A DNA stretch of 64,000 nucleotides from Myxococcota bacterium. GTDB taxonomy: Bacteria; Myxococcota_A; UBA9160; UBA4427. Numbering within the stretch: position 1 is the stretch's first letter; each line of letters opens with the position of its first letter. Location: contig JAYZFK010000062.1 of assembly GCA_036336835.1 (NCBI GenBank), positions 32,001 through 96,000 on the forward strand. The letters run 5' to 3'. The notes below the pieces were generated by a model. That model did no database searches. It saw only the letters and a list, made by a program, of their open reading frames with translations, and was not told where the DNA came from. Below are positions 9,560-19,205 of this stretch, in pieces. Made by a program: the position numbers and the translations under genes.

Positions 9560-10381
9560 GTGGAGCCGCGCAGCAAAAGCTTCCTCGTGAGCGAATCCGG
9601 CACCCGCCTCCACTCGCTGCGGTGGGGCGATCGGGACCTCCCGCCGCTCGTTCTGCTGCACGGCGGGGGCGCCAATGCACACTGGTGGGACCACCTTGCC
9701 CCGGCATTCGCGGACCGATTTCACGTGGTGGCGCTTGACTTTCGGGGCCACGGCGACTCGGATCGGCCCGCCGATCCGATGCCCGGAGCGTTCAACGACG
9801 ACCTCGCGGCACTGTTACTCGACCTCGGCCAACGCCCCGCCACGCTCGTCGGCCACTCGATGGGCGCCCATGTGGCGCTCGATCACGCAGCGCGCCATTT
9901 GCCGCCCGCGCTCGTCCTGCTCGACCCATCTCGGGGAGGTGACGAGCGTCACAGCCGCAGACTTCGACTGGCGCTCAGCCTTCGGCAGAGTTACGCCCGA
10001 CGCGAGGACGCCATCGATCGCTACCGCTTCCTTCCGGACTCCGTGCACGCGAGCGAGACGCTCCGCCGCAGCGTCGCCGAGCACTCGGTCGATCAGAACC
10101 CCGACGGCAGCTGGGGCTACAAGTTCGACCCGCGCTGGTTCGGGCTGCCCCGCGGAGCCCGGCCGGATCCCCAGTGCGTCACGTGCCCGACCCTCGTGGT
10201 CCGCGGCGCCGAGAGCAAGATCCTCTCCGAAGAGGGCGCCCGGGCGCTGCGCGACGAGCTCCCCCACGGCGAGCTCGTCACCCTCGCCAGGGCGGGACAT
10301 CACGTACAGATCGACCGACCCGACGAACTGATCCGCGCCATCCGCGATTTCCTCGAGCGACACCCGATTTCACTTTCGTGA
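9560..10381 (+). CDS. Alpha/beta hydrolase
   Basis: LLHGGG, DFRGHGDS, GHSMG nucleophile elbow, AGHHV. Confidence 0.9.
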   Translation: MEPRSKSFLVSESGTRLHSLRWGDRDLPPLVLLHGGGANAHWWDHLAPAFADRFHVVALDFRGHGDSDRPADPMPGAFNDDLAALLLDLGQRPATLVGHSMGAHVALDHAARHLPPALVLLDPSRGGDERHSRRLRLALSLRQSYARREDAIDRYRFLPDSVHASETLRRSVAEHSVDQNPDGSWGYKFDPRWFGLPRGARPDPQCVTCPTLVVRGAESKILSEEGARALRDELPHGELVTLARAGHHVQIDRPDELIRAIRDFLERHPISLS

Positions 10382-10408
10382 GAGAATCGCCGTCAGGAGG
10401 TATCGAAC

Positions 10409-11824
10409 GTGACCGATTGGCTGCATCGCTCGCTAGTCGAGCTGCTCGCGTCGCTCGAGGCGGGCAAGGTCTCGGCGGTCGAGATCGCAACCGAAGTCCT
10501 CGCACGGATCGAAGAAACCCAACCGACACTCAACGCGTTTACCGCGCGACGTGATCCCGATGCTGTCCTGACGGAAGCACGGGACGCGGATGCGCGCCGC
10601 CATCGCGGCGATGCACGCCCGCTTGAAGGAATTCCGCTAGGCGTCAAGGATCTCGAGGATGTGGGGGGGATGGTCACGAGCGAGGGTTCGGTTCCGTTTC
10701 GGGACAATCTCGCCGACCGCGACTCGATCCAGGTAGAACGCCTGCGCGCCGCCGGTGCGATCGTCGTAGGCAAGACCAACACTCCGGAGTTCGGCTACAC
10801 CGCGATCACGAAGAACCTCCTGTTCGGCACGACGCGCAACCCATGGGACCTCGAACGAACTCCCGGTGGCTCGAGCGGCGGCTCGTCCGCCGCGATCGCG
10901 GGCGGCGTCATTCCCATGGCGACCGCCAGCGACGGAGGTGGCTCGATCCGCATCCCAGCGTCATGTACGGGGCTGGTCGGTCTCAAGGTAAGCTACGGAC
11001 GCGTGCCGAAGGGACCGAGCGCGCACTGGGACATCAATCAGACCTCGGTCTACGGACCGCTCACCCGCACCGTCGAGGACGCTGCGCTGCAGCTCGACCT
11101 GACCTGCGGCCCGCACCCGCTCGATCCGTACTCGCTCGCTGCACCGACGGGATCGTACCGCGCCGGTCTGCAAGATCTTCCCTCGGGCCTGCGCATCGCC
11201 TGGTCGGCCGATCTCGGATTCGCGGCGGTTCAGTCCGACGTTGGCGAGATCGCCGAGCAAGCGGCGCTTTCGTTCGAAGAGCTCGGCCACAGCATCGAAG
11301 CCATCTCTGGGGGACCGCCCGAACCCGGCGGCGACTGGGGCCTGGTGGGCGCGCACGAGGCACTCTCGAGGCTCGCGCCCCTGCTGCCGGAGCACGAACA
11401 CGAGTTCGGTCGCGGCTATCTGAACGGAGTGAAGATGGCCGCGCATCTCACCCCCGAAAGGTGGGGCGCGTATCGCGAACGGCGTGAGCAGCTCAATCGC
11501 TGGTGCGCCGAGCTGTTCGGAAGCTACGACCTGCTGCTCACACCGACGCTTCCGTACGACCCGCCTCTGGCCGGTGGGCCGCTGCTCGCGGAGGTCGAAG
11601 GCCAACGCCAGCCGGCCGCAAACATCGGCAGCTTCACGATGCCCTTCAACCTGTCGTGGCATCCCGCGGCCTCGGTGCGAGCGGGAATTTCGAAGGCCGG
11701 GTTGCCCGTCGGCCTCCAGATCGTTGCACCCCGCCACCGGGACGACCTCGTGCTGCAAGCCGCCTTCGCCTTCGAGCAGGCGCGGCCTTGGCACCCGCAG
11801 TGGCCGGAGACACCGGTCGCCTGA
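10409..11824 (+). CDS. Amidase-signature family enzyme
   Basis: GVKD, GKTNTPEFG, GGSSGGS, SDGGGSIRIPAS, GLPVGLQ. Confidence 0.9.
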   Translation: MTDWLHRSLVELLASLEAGKVSAVEIATEVLARIEETQPTLNAFTARRDPDAVLTEARDADARRHRGDARPLEGIPLGVKDLEDVGGMVTSEGSVPFRDNLADRDSIQVERLRAAGAIVVGKTNTPEFGYTAITKNLLFGTTRNPWDLERTPGGSSGGSSAAIAGGVIPMATASDGGGSIRIPASCTGLVGLKVSYGRVPKGPSAHWDINQTSVYGPLTRTVEDAALQLDLTCGPHPLDPYSLAAPTGSYRAGLQDLPSGLRIAWSADLGFAAVQSDVGEIAEQAALSFEELGHSIEAISGGPPEPGGDWGLVGAHEALSRLAPLLPEHEHEFGRGYLNGVKMAAHLTPERWGAYRERREQLNRWCAELFGSYDLLLTPTLPYDPPLAGGPLLAEVEGQRQPAANIGSFTMPFNLSWHPAASVRAGISKAGLPVGLQIVAPRHRDDLVLQAAFAFEQARPWHPQWPETPVA

Positions 11825-11942
11825 CGCAACACTCTCGCGTGTCGGTCTGAATCCGTGCGGTCGGGCCGATCACCTGCTCGCCCCGCGCGCTTGCGCCTGC
11901 TCGCGCAAGCGCTACTGGTTCACCCATGGGGCGGGGAGTCGT

Positions 11943-12401
11943 TTGATTACGACGGCGATGGCGGTACTGATCTCGACCGAACGCGAGCGAGTCTGGCGGG
12001 CTCTCGCCGACTCCTCGGAGGTCGTTCGCTGGGACGATTCCCGCACGGCACTAATCGATCGTGAATGCACCTATCCGGTGATCGGAGAGCAGTTCCGCTG
12101 GCGCTCGAAGCTCGGCGGTGTCGCGCTGGTGCTCAACGAGACCCCGATCGAGGTCGAGCCACCTGGACGGCTTGCCGTCACCTGCAGCATGGGGAGCCTC
12201 CGCTACGAGGAGCTCTTCCTGCTGGCCGCCGAGGCTGACGGTCGCGCCCACAACGAGCGCACCCGCGTTTCGCTCAAGCTCTCGACAGGCAACCGACTGC
12301 AGCTGCTCGGAACCGACCTCGATCGCTTCGAGCTCCGCGAGATGTTGATCGGTCGTGTCGACCGCACACTTCGCTCGCTGCAGAAGTGGTGCGAGAACTG
12401 A
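11943..12401 (+). CDS. SRPBCC (START-like) family protein
   Basis: ERVWRALAD N-terminal signature and C-terminal helix LRSLQKWCE; GGGGAG SD; start at TTG 11943 or ATG 11958. Confidence 0.6.
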   Translation: MITTAMAVLISTERERVWRALADSSEVVRWDDSRTALIDRECTYPVIGEQFRWRSKLGGVALVLNETPIEVEPPGRLAVTCSMGSLRYEELFLLAAEADGRAHNERTRVSLKLSTGNRLQLLGTDLDRFELREMLIGRVDRTLRSLQKWCEN

Positions 12402-12416
12402 TCCCACCTCGGGCTC

Positions 12417-12721
12417 CTAGATGTGGAGCTCCTCGCGCACCCAGCGCGCCCGATCCGCGAAGCGCGAACGCGACAATACCGACAGGTCGACGTCCTCGTA
12501 GCGCCCGTCCGAGATCAAAGCGGCCATTGCGCGCCCGTCGCAGTCGTTTTCACCAGCTCCAACACCTCCACCGCAGCAACGCACCGCTGGCTTCCGGCGC
12601 TACCCGCCACGCGGTCGGTTTCGACTCCGACCACGTAGTGCCGGTTGAAGAAGCACACCCCCGCCGCCTCGGCCTCCTTGCGATAGCGCTACCGCACGGC
12701 GTTCGGATTTACCAGACCATC
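12417..12721 (-). pseudogene. Degraded FAD-dependent oxidoreductase (DAO / sarcosine-oxidase-beta-like) fragments
   Basis: One frame reads DGLVNPNAVR*RYRKEAEAAGVCFFNRHYVVGVE (TAG at 12689-12691); another frame reads GRAMAALISDGRYEDVDLSVLSRSRFADRARWVREELHI*; no N-terminus. Confidence 0.6.
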
Positions 12722-12768
12722 GCGGGAAGCGGTTCACGAGCCTGCACCATCGCCCCCGGGTGAGCGCG

Positions 12769-13707
12769 TCATTCAGCTTCTTCGAGCTGGTCGGCCTCCG
12801 GCTGCCACACCTCGGTGTCACGATGGAACGTCTTCCACGCGAACCAGTAGGCGTCGGTCACCTCGATTTCGTCAGGAATCTCCCAGCTGAACGAACTGGC
12901 CGCAACGTCGTAGGCAATACGGATCCGGTGGCCCTCGAATTCGTCTACGATCCGGCCTCCCGCCGCCGTCAGCACGGGCCCGAGATAGGCACGGGCCTTG
13001 TCGCCAGCAACCACGCCCAGCACGCCCGCCTTCGGATGGAATCGGTCGTCGCGCACCGAGACCGGGAAGGGAACCGTGTCCGAGATCCAGTACTCGTGGA
13101 AGCGGCTGTACCGGTAGTCGATGCGCCTGGGCAACGGACGCTCGAGTACGCGCGTCTCGGGATGGCGGTGCCGCCACACCACAAACGCCTCCTGTCTCGA
13201 GCGGATACGTCGCAAGCGAGTCCCCTGCTTCGGCCCACTGACCGCTAGTCCGAGCAGCTGGGACCACAAGCTCTCGCTGCCACGGTCGTAGAGCAGGAAG
13301 TTCGACTCGTAGAGTAGACCCGAAACGCCAAACTGCAGTGGCTCACCGTCCACGCGCGCATCGAACGCGATCGGTGTCCCCGCGATCGGATCGTAGGTCA
13401 CCACCACCGGCTGTCCCGAGAATTCGTCGTTCACGACCTGGTGATATTCGAGCAGATGAACCGGGTACGCGCGAGCGTCTCCGTCGATCTCGAGCCCGAT
13501 CACCTGGGTATCGTCCGCAGCCCAGGTCGCCGCCTCGACCCCGACGAACCGAGGCTCATCCACCGACCGAATTCCGTCCCGCGCGGGCCCCCCGGCCAGA
13601 ATCGCCCCGGCCGGAACCGATGCCCCGTCGACCGAAAACCCATTCAGCTCATCCGCCGCGCCAGCGGGGAGTGAAGCGAACAACAGTCCGAGAACGAGCC
13701 CACGCAC
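12769..13707 (-). CDS. Secreted DUF3179-family protein
   Basis: Signal peptide; GGPARDGI, ARAYP, HQVVND, FGVSGLLYESN.LLYDR.SESLWSQ, YWFAW. Confidence 0.8.
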   Translation of the reverse strand: MRGLVLGLLFASLPAGAADELNGFSVDGASVPAGAILAGGPARDGIRSVDEPRFVGVEAATWAADDTQVIGLEIDGDARAYPVHLLEYHQVVNDEFSGQPVVVTYDPIAGTPIAFDARVDGEPLQFGVSGLLYESNFLLYDRGSESLWSQLLGLAVSGPKQGTRLRRIRSRQEAFVVWRHRHPETRVLERPLPRRIDYRYSRFHEYWISDTVPFPVSVRDDRFHPKAGVLGVVAGDKARAYLGPVLTAAGGRIVDEFEGHRIRIAYDVAASSFSWEIPDEIEVTDAYWFAWKTFHRDTEVWQPEADQLEEAE

Positions 13708-13749
13708 AGGAACCTCCGCCCGGCACCGACTCCGATCCGAGAGGAGCGA

Positions 13750-14787
13750 CTACAGCAACTCCTCGGCCATCAACCGAATCGCATCCTCACCGCCCCCGAC
13801 CAGCAACGTGCCCACCTGACCCTTGGCGCCGGCATCCTTCCACGCCCCCAGGCGATCGCGAACGCGATCGGCCGGGCCGCAGAGCGCGATCTGGTCGATC
13901 AGTTCATCCGGAACCGCCGCGATGGCCTCGCCCCGCTTGCCGTCGAGGAAGAGATCCTGGATTTGCTTCGCCTCCGCTTCGAAGCCCATCCGGACGGCGT
14001 AGTCGTTGTAGAAGTTCTTCTTGCGCGATCCCATGCCGCCGACGTACAGCGCGACCATCGACTTCACCGGCAGCCTGCACTTCTCGAGGTCATCGCCGAT
14101 CACCACGGTAACCGCCGGTGCGACGTCGAAGTCATCGAGTGACTTGCCGCCTCCCGCGCTGGCGAAGCCCTCCTTGAGCGGCTCCTCGAACAACTCGAAA
14201 CGCTCCGGGTTCATCCACAGCGGGAACACTCCGTCGGCTACCTCGCCCGCGCAGCGCACGCCGTTCGGCGAGATGGCGGCCGTGTAGATCTGCAGCGACG
14301 GGTCGCCGTGCAGGATGCTCTTGAGCGCCTTCCCCTGCCCGGTGGTGCCGGGCCCGACGTTGGGGATCGTGTAGTGCTCGCCCTCGTGCGTGAGCGGCGC
14401 TTCGCGCTTCAGAATGTCGCGAATGATCTTGATGTACTCGCGCGTGCGCGTCAGCGGCTTGCCATATGGCACCCCGTACCAGCCCTCGACCACCTGCGGA
14501 CCCGACGGGCCGAGACCGAGCACGAAGCGTCCACCCGACAACCCGTGCAGCGTCATCGCTGTCATCGCCGTCATCGAGGGCGCGCGCGCGGGCATCTGCA
14601 TGATCGCCGTACCGGCCTTGATCGTCGACGTGAGCGCCAGGATCCAGGCCGCGGGCGAGACCGCATCCGATCCATATGCCTCCGCGGTCCAGACGCAATC
14701 GTACCCGAGCGACTCGGCCAGCAGGATCTTGTCCATGTCGAGCTGCATTGTCGCAGGCGAATAGCCGGCCATGATACTGAGCTTCAT
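13750..14787 (-). CDS. LLM-class (probably F420-dependent) oxidoreductase
   Basis: WTAEAYGSDA, SGGRFVLGLGPSGPQVVEGWYG, LYVGGMG. Confidence 0.9.
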   Translation of the reverse strand: MKLSIMAGYSPATMQLDMDKILLAESLGYDCVWTAEAYGSDAVSPAAWILALTSTIKAGTAIMQMPARAPSMTAMTAMTLHGLSGGRFVLGLGPSGPQVVEGWYGVPYGKPLTRTREYIKIIRDILKREAPLTHEGEHYTIPNVGPGTTGQGKALKSILHGDPSLQIYTAAISPNGVRCAGEVADGVFPLWMNPERFELFEEPLKEGFASAGGGKSLDDFDVAPAVTVVIGDDLEKCRLPVKSMVALYVGGMGSRKKNFYNDYAVRMGFEAEAKQIQDLFLDGKRGEAIAAVPDELIDQIALCGPADRVRDRLGAWKDAGAKGQVGTLLVGGGEDAIRLMAEELL

Positions 14788-14829
14788 CGTGTCCCCTTCG
14801 AGGTCTCGAGTTGGTCGACCCGGCCGAGT

Positions 14830-17379
14830 CTATTCCTCAGCTGGAGTGGCGTCGAGCGGCAGCTCGATGCCAAAGCTGGCACCTTGCCCAGGTGTCGAAT
14901 CCACCGTGAATCGGCCACGGTGCCGGTCGACGATGCTGTGCGACAGCGATAGACCCAGGCCGGTACCCACGCCGACGGGCTTCGTCGTGAAGAACGGGTC
15001 GAAGATCTGGCTCAGTACCTCGGGCGGAATCCCGGGACCGTCATCGGCGAACTCGAGCCGAACGCCGAGATCGCTGCGGCGTGTGCGGATCGTCACACTA
15101 CCACCCCCTTCGAGCGCGTCGCAGGCGTTCATCAGCAGGTTGAGGAATACCTGGTTGAGCTGCCCCGGATAGCAGCGCACCTGTGGGATGTCGCCGTACT
15201 CGCGGTGCACCTCGATCCCGTTCTTGAGCCGCGGCTCCATCAACGCGATCGTTCGATCGATCTCCTCGTGCAGGTCGGCGTTGGCCAGCTCGGCCTGATC
15301 CGTGCGCGAGAAGGTGCGCAGGTCCATCACGATCTGCTTCACCCGCTCGGTACCCTCGCGGCTGCGCAACAGCAGCTTGCTGATCGCCTCGCGCGCCTTC
15401 GCCGCGCTCTCTACGTCACCGTCGAGATTCGCCTTCGCGAGCTTCTCGATGTACTCGTCGAGCAGCTGCAGGTTCGCGTGGACGAAGCCGATCGGATTGT
15501 TGAGCTCGTGTGCGACACCCGCGACCAGCTGGCCCAGCGATTTCAGCTTGTCGCTCTGCATCAGCTGCGCCTGTGTCTCGCGAAGCTCGCGCGTTCGCTC
15601 CTCCACCCGCGCCTCGAGTGTCTCGTTCAGCTGGGCGATCTCATCGAAGGCCTTGCCGTTCTCGATCGCGATCGCGCTCTGATTGGCAAGCGTGCGCAGC
15701 AGCTGGCGGTCGTCGGCCGTCAGCCGCTCTCCCGACAGCTTGCGACCGACCGCGATCACGCCGAGCAGGTCGACTCCGAACAGGATGGGCACCAGCAGCT
15801 CGACCTCGAGCGAGTCGAATACGTCCCAGCAGACTTCGCGCTGCTCGGTGTCGGGCTCCTCGTCGAAATCGACCCGCGCGAGCTCCTGGCGCCGCATCCA
15901 CAGCTGGCGCCACACGGGGTGATCGGCCGGAATCTCGATCTCGACATCGTCCTCGTCCCAGTCCCCGCGCTGGGCCACCGGACGCAGCACGCGGTCGCGC
16001 TCGTCGATCAACAACACCACCGCGCGGCCGACGCCCATCGTCTCGGTCAGGGCAACCAGGATGCGGTCACTGATCTCGCCCAACGACAGCATCGAGACCA
16101 TCGCCTCCGAGATCTCGCGCACGGCGGAGCGGTAGCGCGAGCGGTCGCGGTCGAAGAGCTGGTCGACCAGGTTCTGCATGCGATCGCGCAGCGGGTCGAA
16201 GGCCAGAATCGCCAGGAACAGGAACGCGACCTGCACCGATCGTTCGTCGACGCCGAACAGGTCCACCACGGTATCGGCGAAGGTGATCAGAAAGGCGAAC
16301 ATCCCGGTGATCGCGAGGGTCGCCGCACCGTAGGCGGCTGACGAGCGCGCGGCGATGCGGACGTCGAACAGCTGCCGTCGCAGGATCCCGACGCCCACGA
16401 CCAGCGGGAACACGCCAACCCACAGCATCGCGACCTGCCACGGCAGTGGAATCTGGAGCAGGGCCTCGGTGAGCAGCACCAGCAGAGCCGGGGCCAGGCT
16501 GAGCACGGCCGCCAGGATGAATACGTCGGTACGCGCTCCCACACCCGCTTCGTGCGCGCGTCTCCGCTCGAGCAACGGAACCGCGATCGAGAAAGCGGCC
16601 AGGCCAGTGCCAAAGAAGAAGGCGCCCTCGTAGATCCACTCCTCGGCGCGCCCGCCGACGAACGGAGCGGACATCACTATGGGAACGAACGCGAACGCCA
16701 GCACGTAGGGCACCGCGCGAATCCGGCGGTGCCGAACGATCCAGTTGGGCTCGATCGGATGAGTCGTGAACAGGTGGAAGGTCGCCGCCCCGAGCAACGG
16801 CAGGTTCGCGACGGCCCACTGAGCCGTCCACCACGGGTTCGTTTCGCCGCGCGCCGTCGAGGCGACTTCGACCGCCATCATCGAGCAAAACAACATCATC
16901 GCCCAGGCTTCGGCGCGATCGGGTCGGTTCCACCAGACGATGCCGCCCATGCATACGTACAGCAGTGCCACCACCAGCAGGCCGAGATGCATCAGGGTCT
17001 GGCCGTATCGCCAATCGAACGCTGCCCGCGCCGGGAGCAGAGAGACGATCAGCGATCTGCCGTCGCGCTTTTCGACCCGATATTCGTTGCGGACTCCGGG
17101 CTGCAGGAACTCACCGCCCGTGCGCAGCGCCGACCAGACCCGGCGCTGGTCGATCTCGACCAGCCGGTCGCCCCGCTCGATGCCGGCCTCGCGCGCCTCG
17201 GGCGTCGACCACTCTACGAGCGCCTGGCTGCCCCCCGTGAACGAGCAACGGATCGGCAGCGTCAACTCGTGGCGGGGCTGCCAGAACGCGAAGAGCGAGA
17301 AGCCAATCGCGGCCACCGCCCAGCAGACAGCGGCGACACCGGTGACACGGCGAAATTTCTGGGTGGAGCTCGGGTCCAT
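14830..17379 (-). CDS. Membrane sensor histidine kinase (PDZ-like + multi-TM + GAF + HisKA/HATPase)
   Basis: AGIERGDRLVEID, TM helices, GAF (LGVIAVGRK..QSAIAIEN), H-box AGVAHELNNP, QVFLNLLMNA, DDGPG, FDPFFTTK, GTGLGL. Confidence 0.9.
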   Translation of the reverse strand: MDPSSTQKFRRVTGVAAVCWAVAAIGFSLFAFWQPRHELTLPIRCSFTGGSQALVEWSTPEAREAGIERGDRLVEIDQRRVWSALRTGGEFLQPGVRNEYRVEKRDGRSLIVSLLPARAAFDWRYGQTLMHLGLLVVALLYVCMGGIVWWNRPDRAEAWAMMLFCSMMAVEVASTARGETNPWWTAQWAVANLPLLGAATFHLFTTHPIEPNWIVRHRRIRAVPYVLAFAFVPIVMSAPFVGGRAEEWIYEGAFFFGTGLAAFSIAVPLLERRRAHEAGVGARTDVFILAAVLSLAPALLVLLTEALLQIPLPWQVAMLWVGVFPLVVGVGILRRQLFDVRIAARSSAAYGAATLAITGMFAFLITFADTVVDLFGVDERSVQVAFLFLAILAFDPLRDRMQNLVDQLFDRDRSRYRSAVREISEAMVSMLSLGEISDRILVALTETMGVGRAVVLLIDERDRVLRPVAQRGDWDEDDVEIEIPADHPVWRQLWMRRQELARVDFDEEPDTEQREVCWDVFDSLEVELLVPILFGVDLLGVIAVGRKLSGERLTADDRQLLRTLANQSAIAIENGKAFDEIAQLNETLEARVEERTRELRETQAQLMQSDKLKSLGQLVAGVAHELNNPIGFVHANLQLLDEYIEKLAKANLDGDVESAAKAREAISKLLLRSREGTERVKQIVMDLRTFSRTDQAELANADLHEEIDRTIALMEPRLKNGIEVHREYGDIPQVRCYPGQLNQVFLNLLMNACDALEGGGSVTIRTRRSDLGVRLEFADDGPGIPPEVLSQIFDPFFTTKPVGVGTGLGLSLSHSIVDRHRGRFTVDSTPGQGASFGIELPLDATPAEE

Positions 17380-17473
17380 GCCCGCCTGGCTTCCCTCGGC
17401 GGAGGGGCGCGTTCCGCCGGCTGAGGATGATACAGAAGCGGGCGACGTGGGCGGGGCGGGGCCCGCCGCGCGG

Positions 17474-17989
17474 TCAGAGCGGCTGTTCGGGGCGGTAGCG
17501 CACCAGGACGCGCGAGCGGTCGGCGTAGCCGCGGCGCATCTTGTCCCGCCACTTCCCGATCTCCTCGGGGTACTTGGCCTCGTAGGCCGCAAGCAGTCGG
17601 TCGAGCAGGGCCTCGTCGGCGACCTGCTCACCGATGGCATCGAAGCTCGGAGCGCTGCGAAAGCGCTCGTTGAGCGACAGGAGGCCCTTCCAGCGGCCCT
17701 GATCACCCACCCAGATGCGCGCCTTTGCGAGGCCCCGCCCGATGGCCCGCGCCTTCCAGCGATCCGACGACACGATCATCACGACCGATTCGTCGAGCCA
17801 GGCAAACCAGACCTCGGCGTGGCAGCGGCTCTCGCTGCCATCGGAGCGGAGCGGGGACACGTAGACGTATGGGCTCCGCGCGAGCTGCTCGCGCAGCGAG
17901 GACGCTTCGGCTCGCAGCGCGAGCAGTGGCCAGGCGGCTGCAGCGCCCAGCCAGACAAGAGCCCGTGCAATCAGCTGGCGGCGCTTCAC
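17474..17989 (-). CDS. Exported hypothetical protein (split-barrel/DUF2255-like)
   Basis: Twin-Arg-like signal MKRRQLI; YVSPLRSDG..EVWF..YEAKY; lies in a run of co-directional genes. Confidence 0.5.
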   Translation of the reverse strand: MKRRQLIARALVWLGAAAAWPLLALRAEASSLREQLARSPYVYVSPLRSDGSESRCHAEVWFAWLDESVVMIVSSDRWKARAIGRGLAKARIWVGDQGRWKGLLSLNERFRSAPSFDAIGEQVADEALLDRLLAAYEAKYPEEIGKWRDKMRRGYADRSRVLVRYRPEQPL

Positions 17990-17992
17990 ACG

Positions 17993-18766
17993 TCAGATCC
18001 CCGAGCCCTGCTCCTCGGTACTGACGTGGAGACCACACTCCTTGGTGTCGTCGTCCTCCCACCACCAGCGACCCGAGCGTGGATCCTCTCCATGGTGGAC
18101 GGCGCGCGTACACGGTGCACAGCCCACCGAGGGGTAGCCCTTGGCGTGGAGCCGGTTGACCGGGACAGCGTGGCGATGGACATAGGCCATCACGTCCTCG
18201 TGACTCCAGTCGGCCAGCGGGTTCAGCTTGACCAGGCCCCCGTTTGCGCGGTCGATCTCGACCTTCTTCACACCGCGGCGATTGGCGTTCTGGTCGCGGC
18301 GCAGCCCGGTCACGTAGCCGTCGAAGTCGCGCAGATAGCGCCGAAGCGGGGCCACCTTGCGCACGTGACAGCAGCGCTCGCGGCGCGCGAGCGATTCGTA
18401 GAAGCCGTTCATGCCCTGGTCGCGAACCAGACCCTCGAGATCGGACGATTCCGGAAAGACCACCTCGACCGGCTTGTCGAAGCGATCTCGCACTCGGTCG
18501 ATCAGGTCATGGGTCTCCTGCAGCATGCGACCGGTGTCGAGCACCAAGACCCGCGAGGTCGACTCGATCTCGTGCATCATGTGCAGCAACGCCATGCCTT
18601 CGGGCGCCCCGAAGGAAGCGGACAGCGCGAGGCGCGGATGATAATTCTTGATTCCCCAAATCAAGATATCGCGCGCATCCGCCGCTTCGAGCTCTCCGCT
18701 CTCGATCACCCTGAGCGCTTCCAGAGACACCAGATCCGACTCTCGCGCCGCAGCTAGGGGTACCAT
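17993..18766 (-). CDS. cysH: Assimilatory adenylyl-sulfate (APS/PAPS) reductase
   Basis: LDTG, CC..RK, GYPSVGCAPCT, RSGRW, ECGLH; the CC + CxxC pattern indicates the [4Fe-4S] APS-type enzyme. Confidence 0.92.
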   Translation of the reverse strand: MVPLAAARESDLVSLEALRVIESGELEAADARDILIWGIKNYHPRLALSASFGAPEGMALLHMMHEIESTSRVLVLDTGRMLQETHDLIDRVRDRFDKPVEVVFPESSDLEGLVRDQGMNGFYESLARRERCCHVRKVAPLRRYLRDFDGYVTGLRRDQNANRRGVKKVEIDRANGGLVKLNPLADWSHEDVMAYVHRHAVPVNRLHAKGYPSVGCAPCTRAVHHGEDPRSGRWWWEDDDTKECGLHVSTEEQGSGI

Positions 18767-18893
18767 CGAACTGCCTTCCCGCCTGTTCGCCGCTCCAAAA
18801 GCAGAGCTGGACGAGTCGTCCCAGCGGCTGATTCCTATTCTTGAGTACCGCATGCGGGAAAAGGTTACAAATTCATTACTCCAGAAGTGTGTA

Positions 18894-19205
18894 TTAGGAC
18901 TCCTTCTCCTGGAGCCGCCTCTCGACCGCCTCGACCTTCTCTCCCATCGAGACAGCGCGGTCACGCCGATCGTCGATCTTGACCACGGTCCCGACGCGCT
19001 CGGCTCCCTGTGCGAAGACCGCCTCCTCCATCGCGAGGATCAACGCAAAGATGTCGCCGAGCTCGCCCTCGAGCGTCGTAAACATGGGGTCGAGGCGGTA
19101 TGTGACGCGGTCCTGGGCCCGCACGACACGCAGCGCCGCCGCCACGTATTGCGAGACGCTCGTCCCCACGCCAACCGGCGCGATGCTCACTGCTGCGATG
19201 GCCAT
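18894..19205 (-). CDS. MTH1187/YkoF thiamine-binding family protein
   Basis: SIAPVG..SVSQYVA..PMFTTLEG..KIDDRRD. Confidence 0.85.
   Translation of the reverse strand: MAIAAVSIAPVGVGTSVSQYVAAALRVVRAQDRVTYRLDPMFTTLEGELGDIFALILAMEEAVFAQGAERVGTVVKIDDRRDRAVSMGEKVEAVERRLQEKES

Noticed and set aside
9273..9707. N-terminal extension of the 216-aa ORF containing the histone
   Set aside because: Low-complexity translation overlapping the promoter, hairpins and the divergent hydrolase; the SD supports ATG 9272
10409..11824. Amidase as gatA
   Set aside because: No gatB/gatC neighbours and only generic amidase motifs are visible
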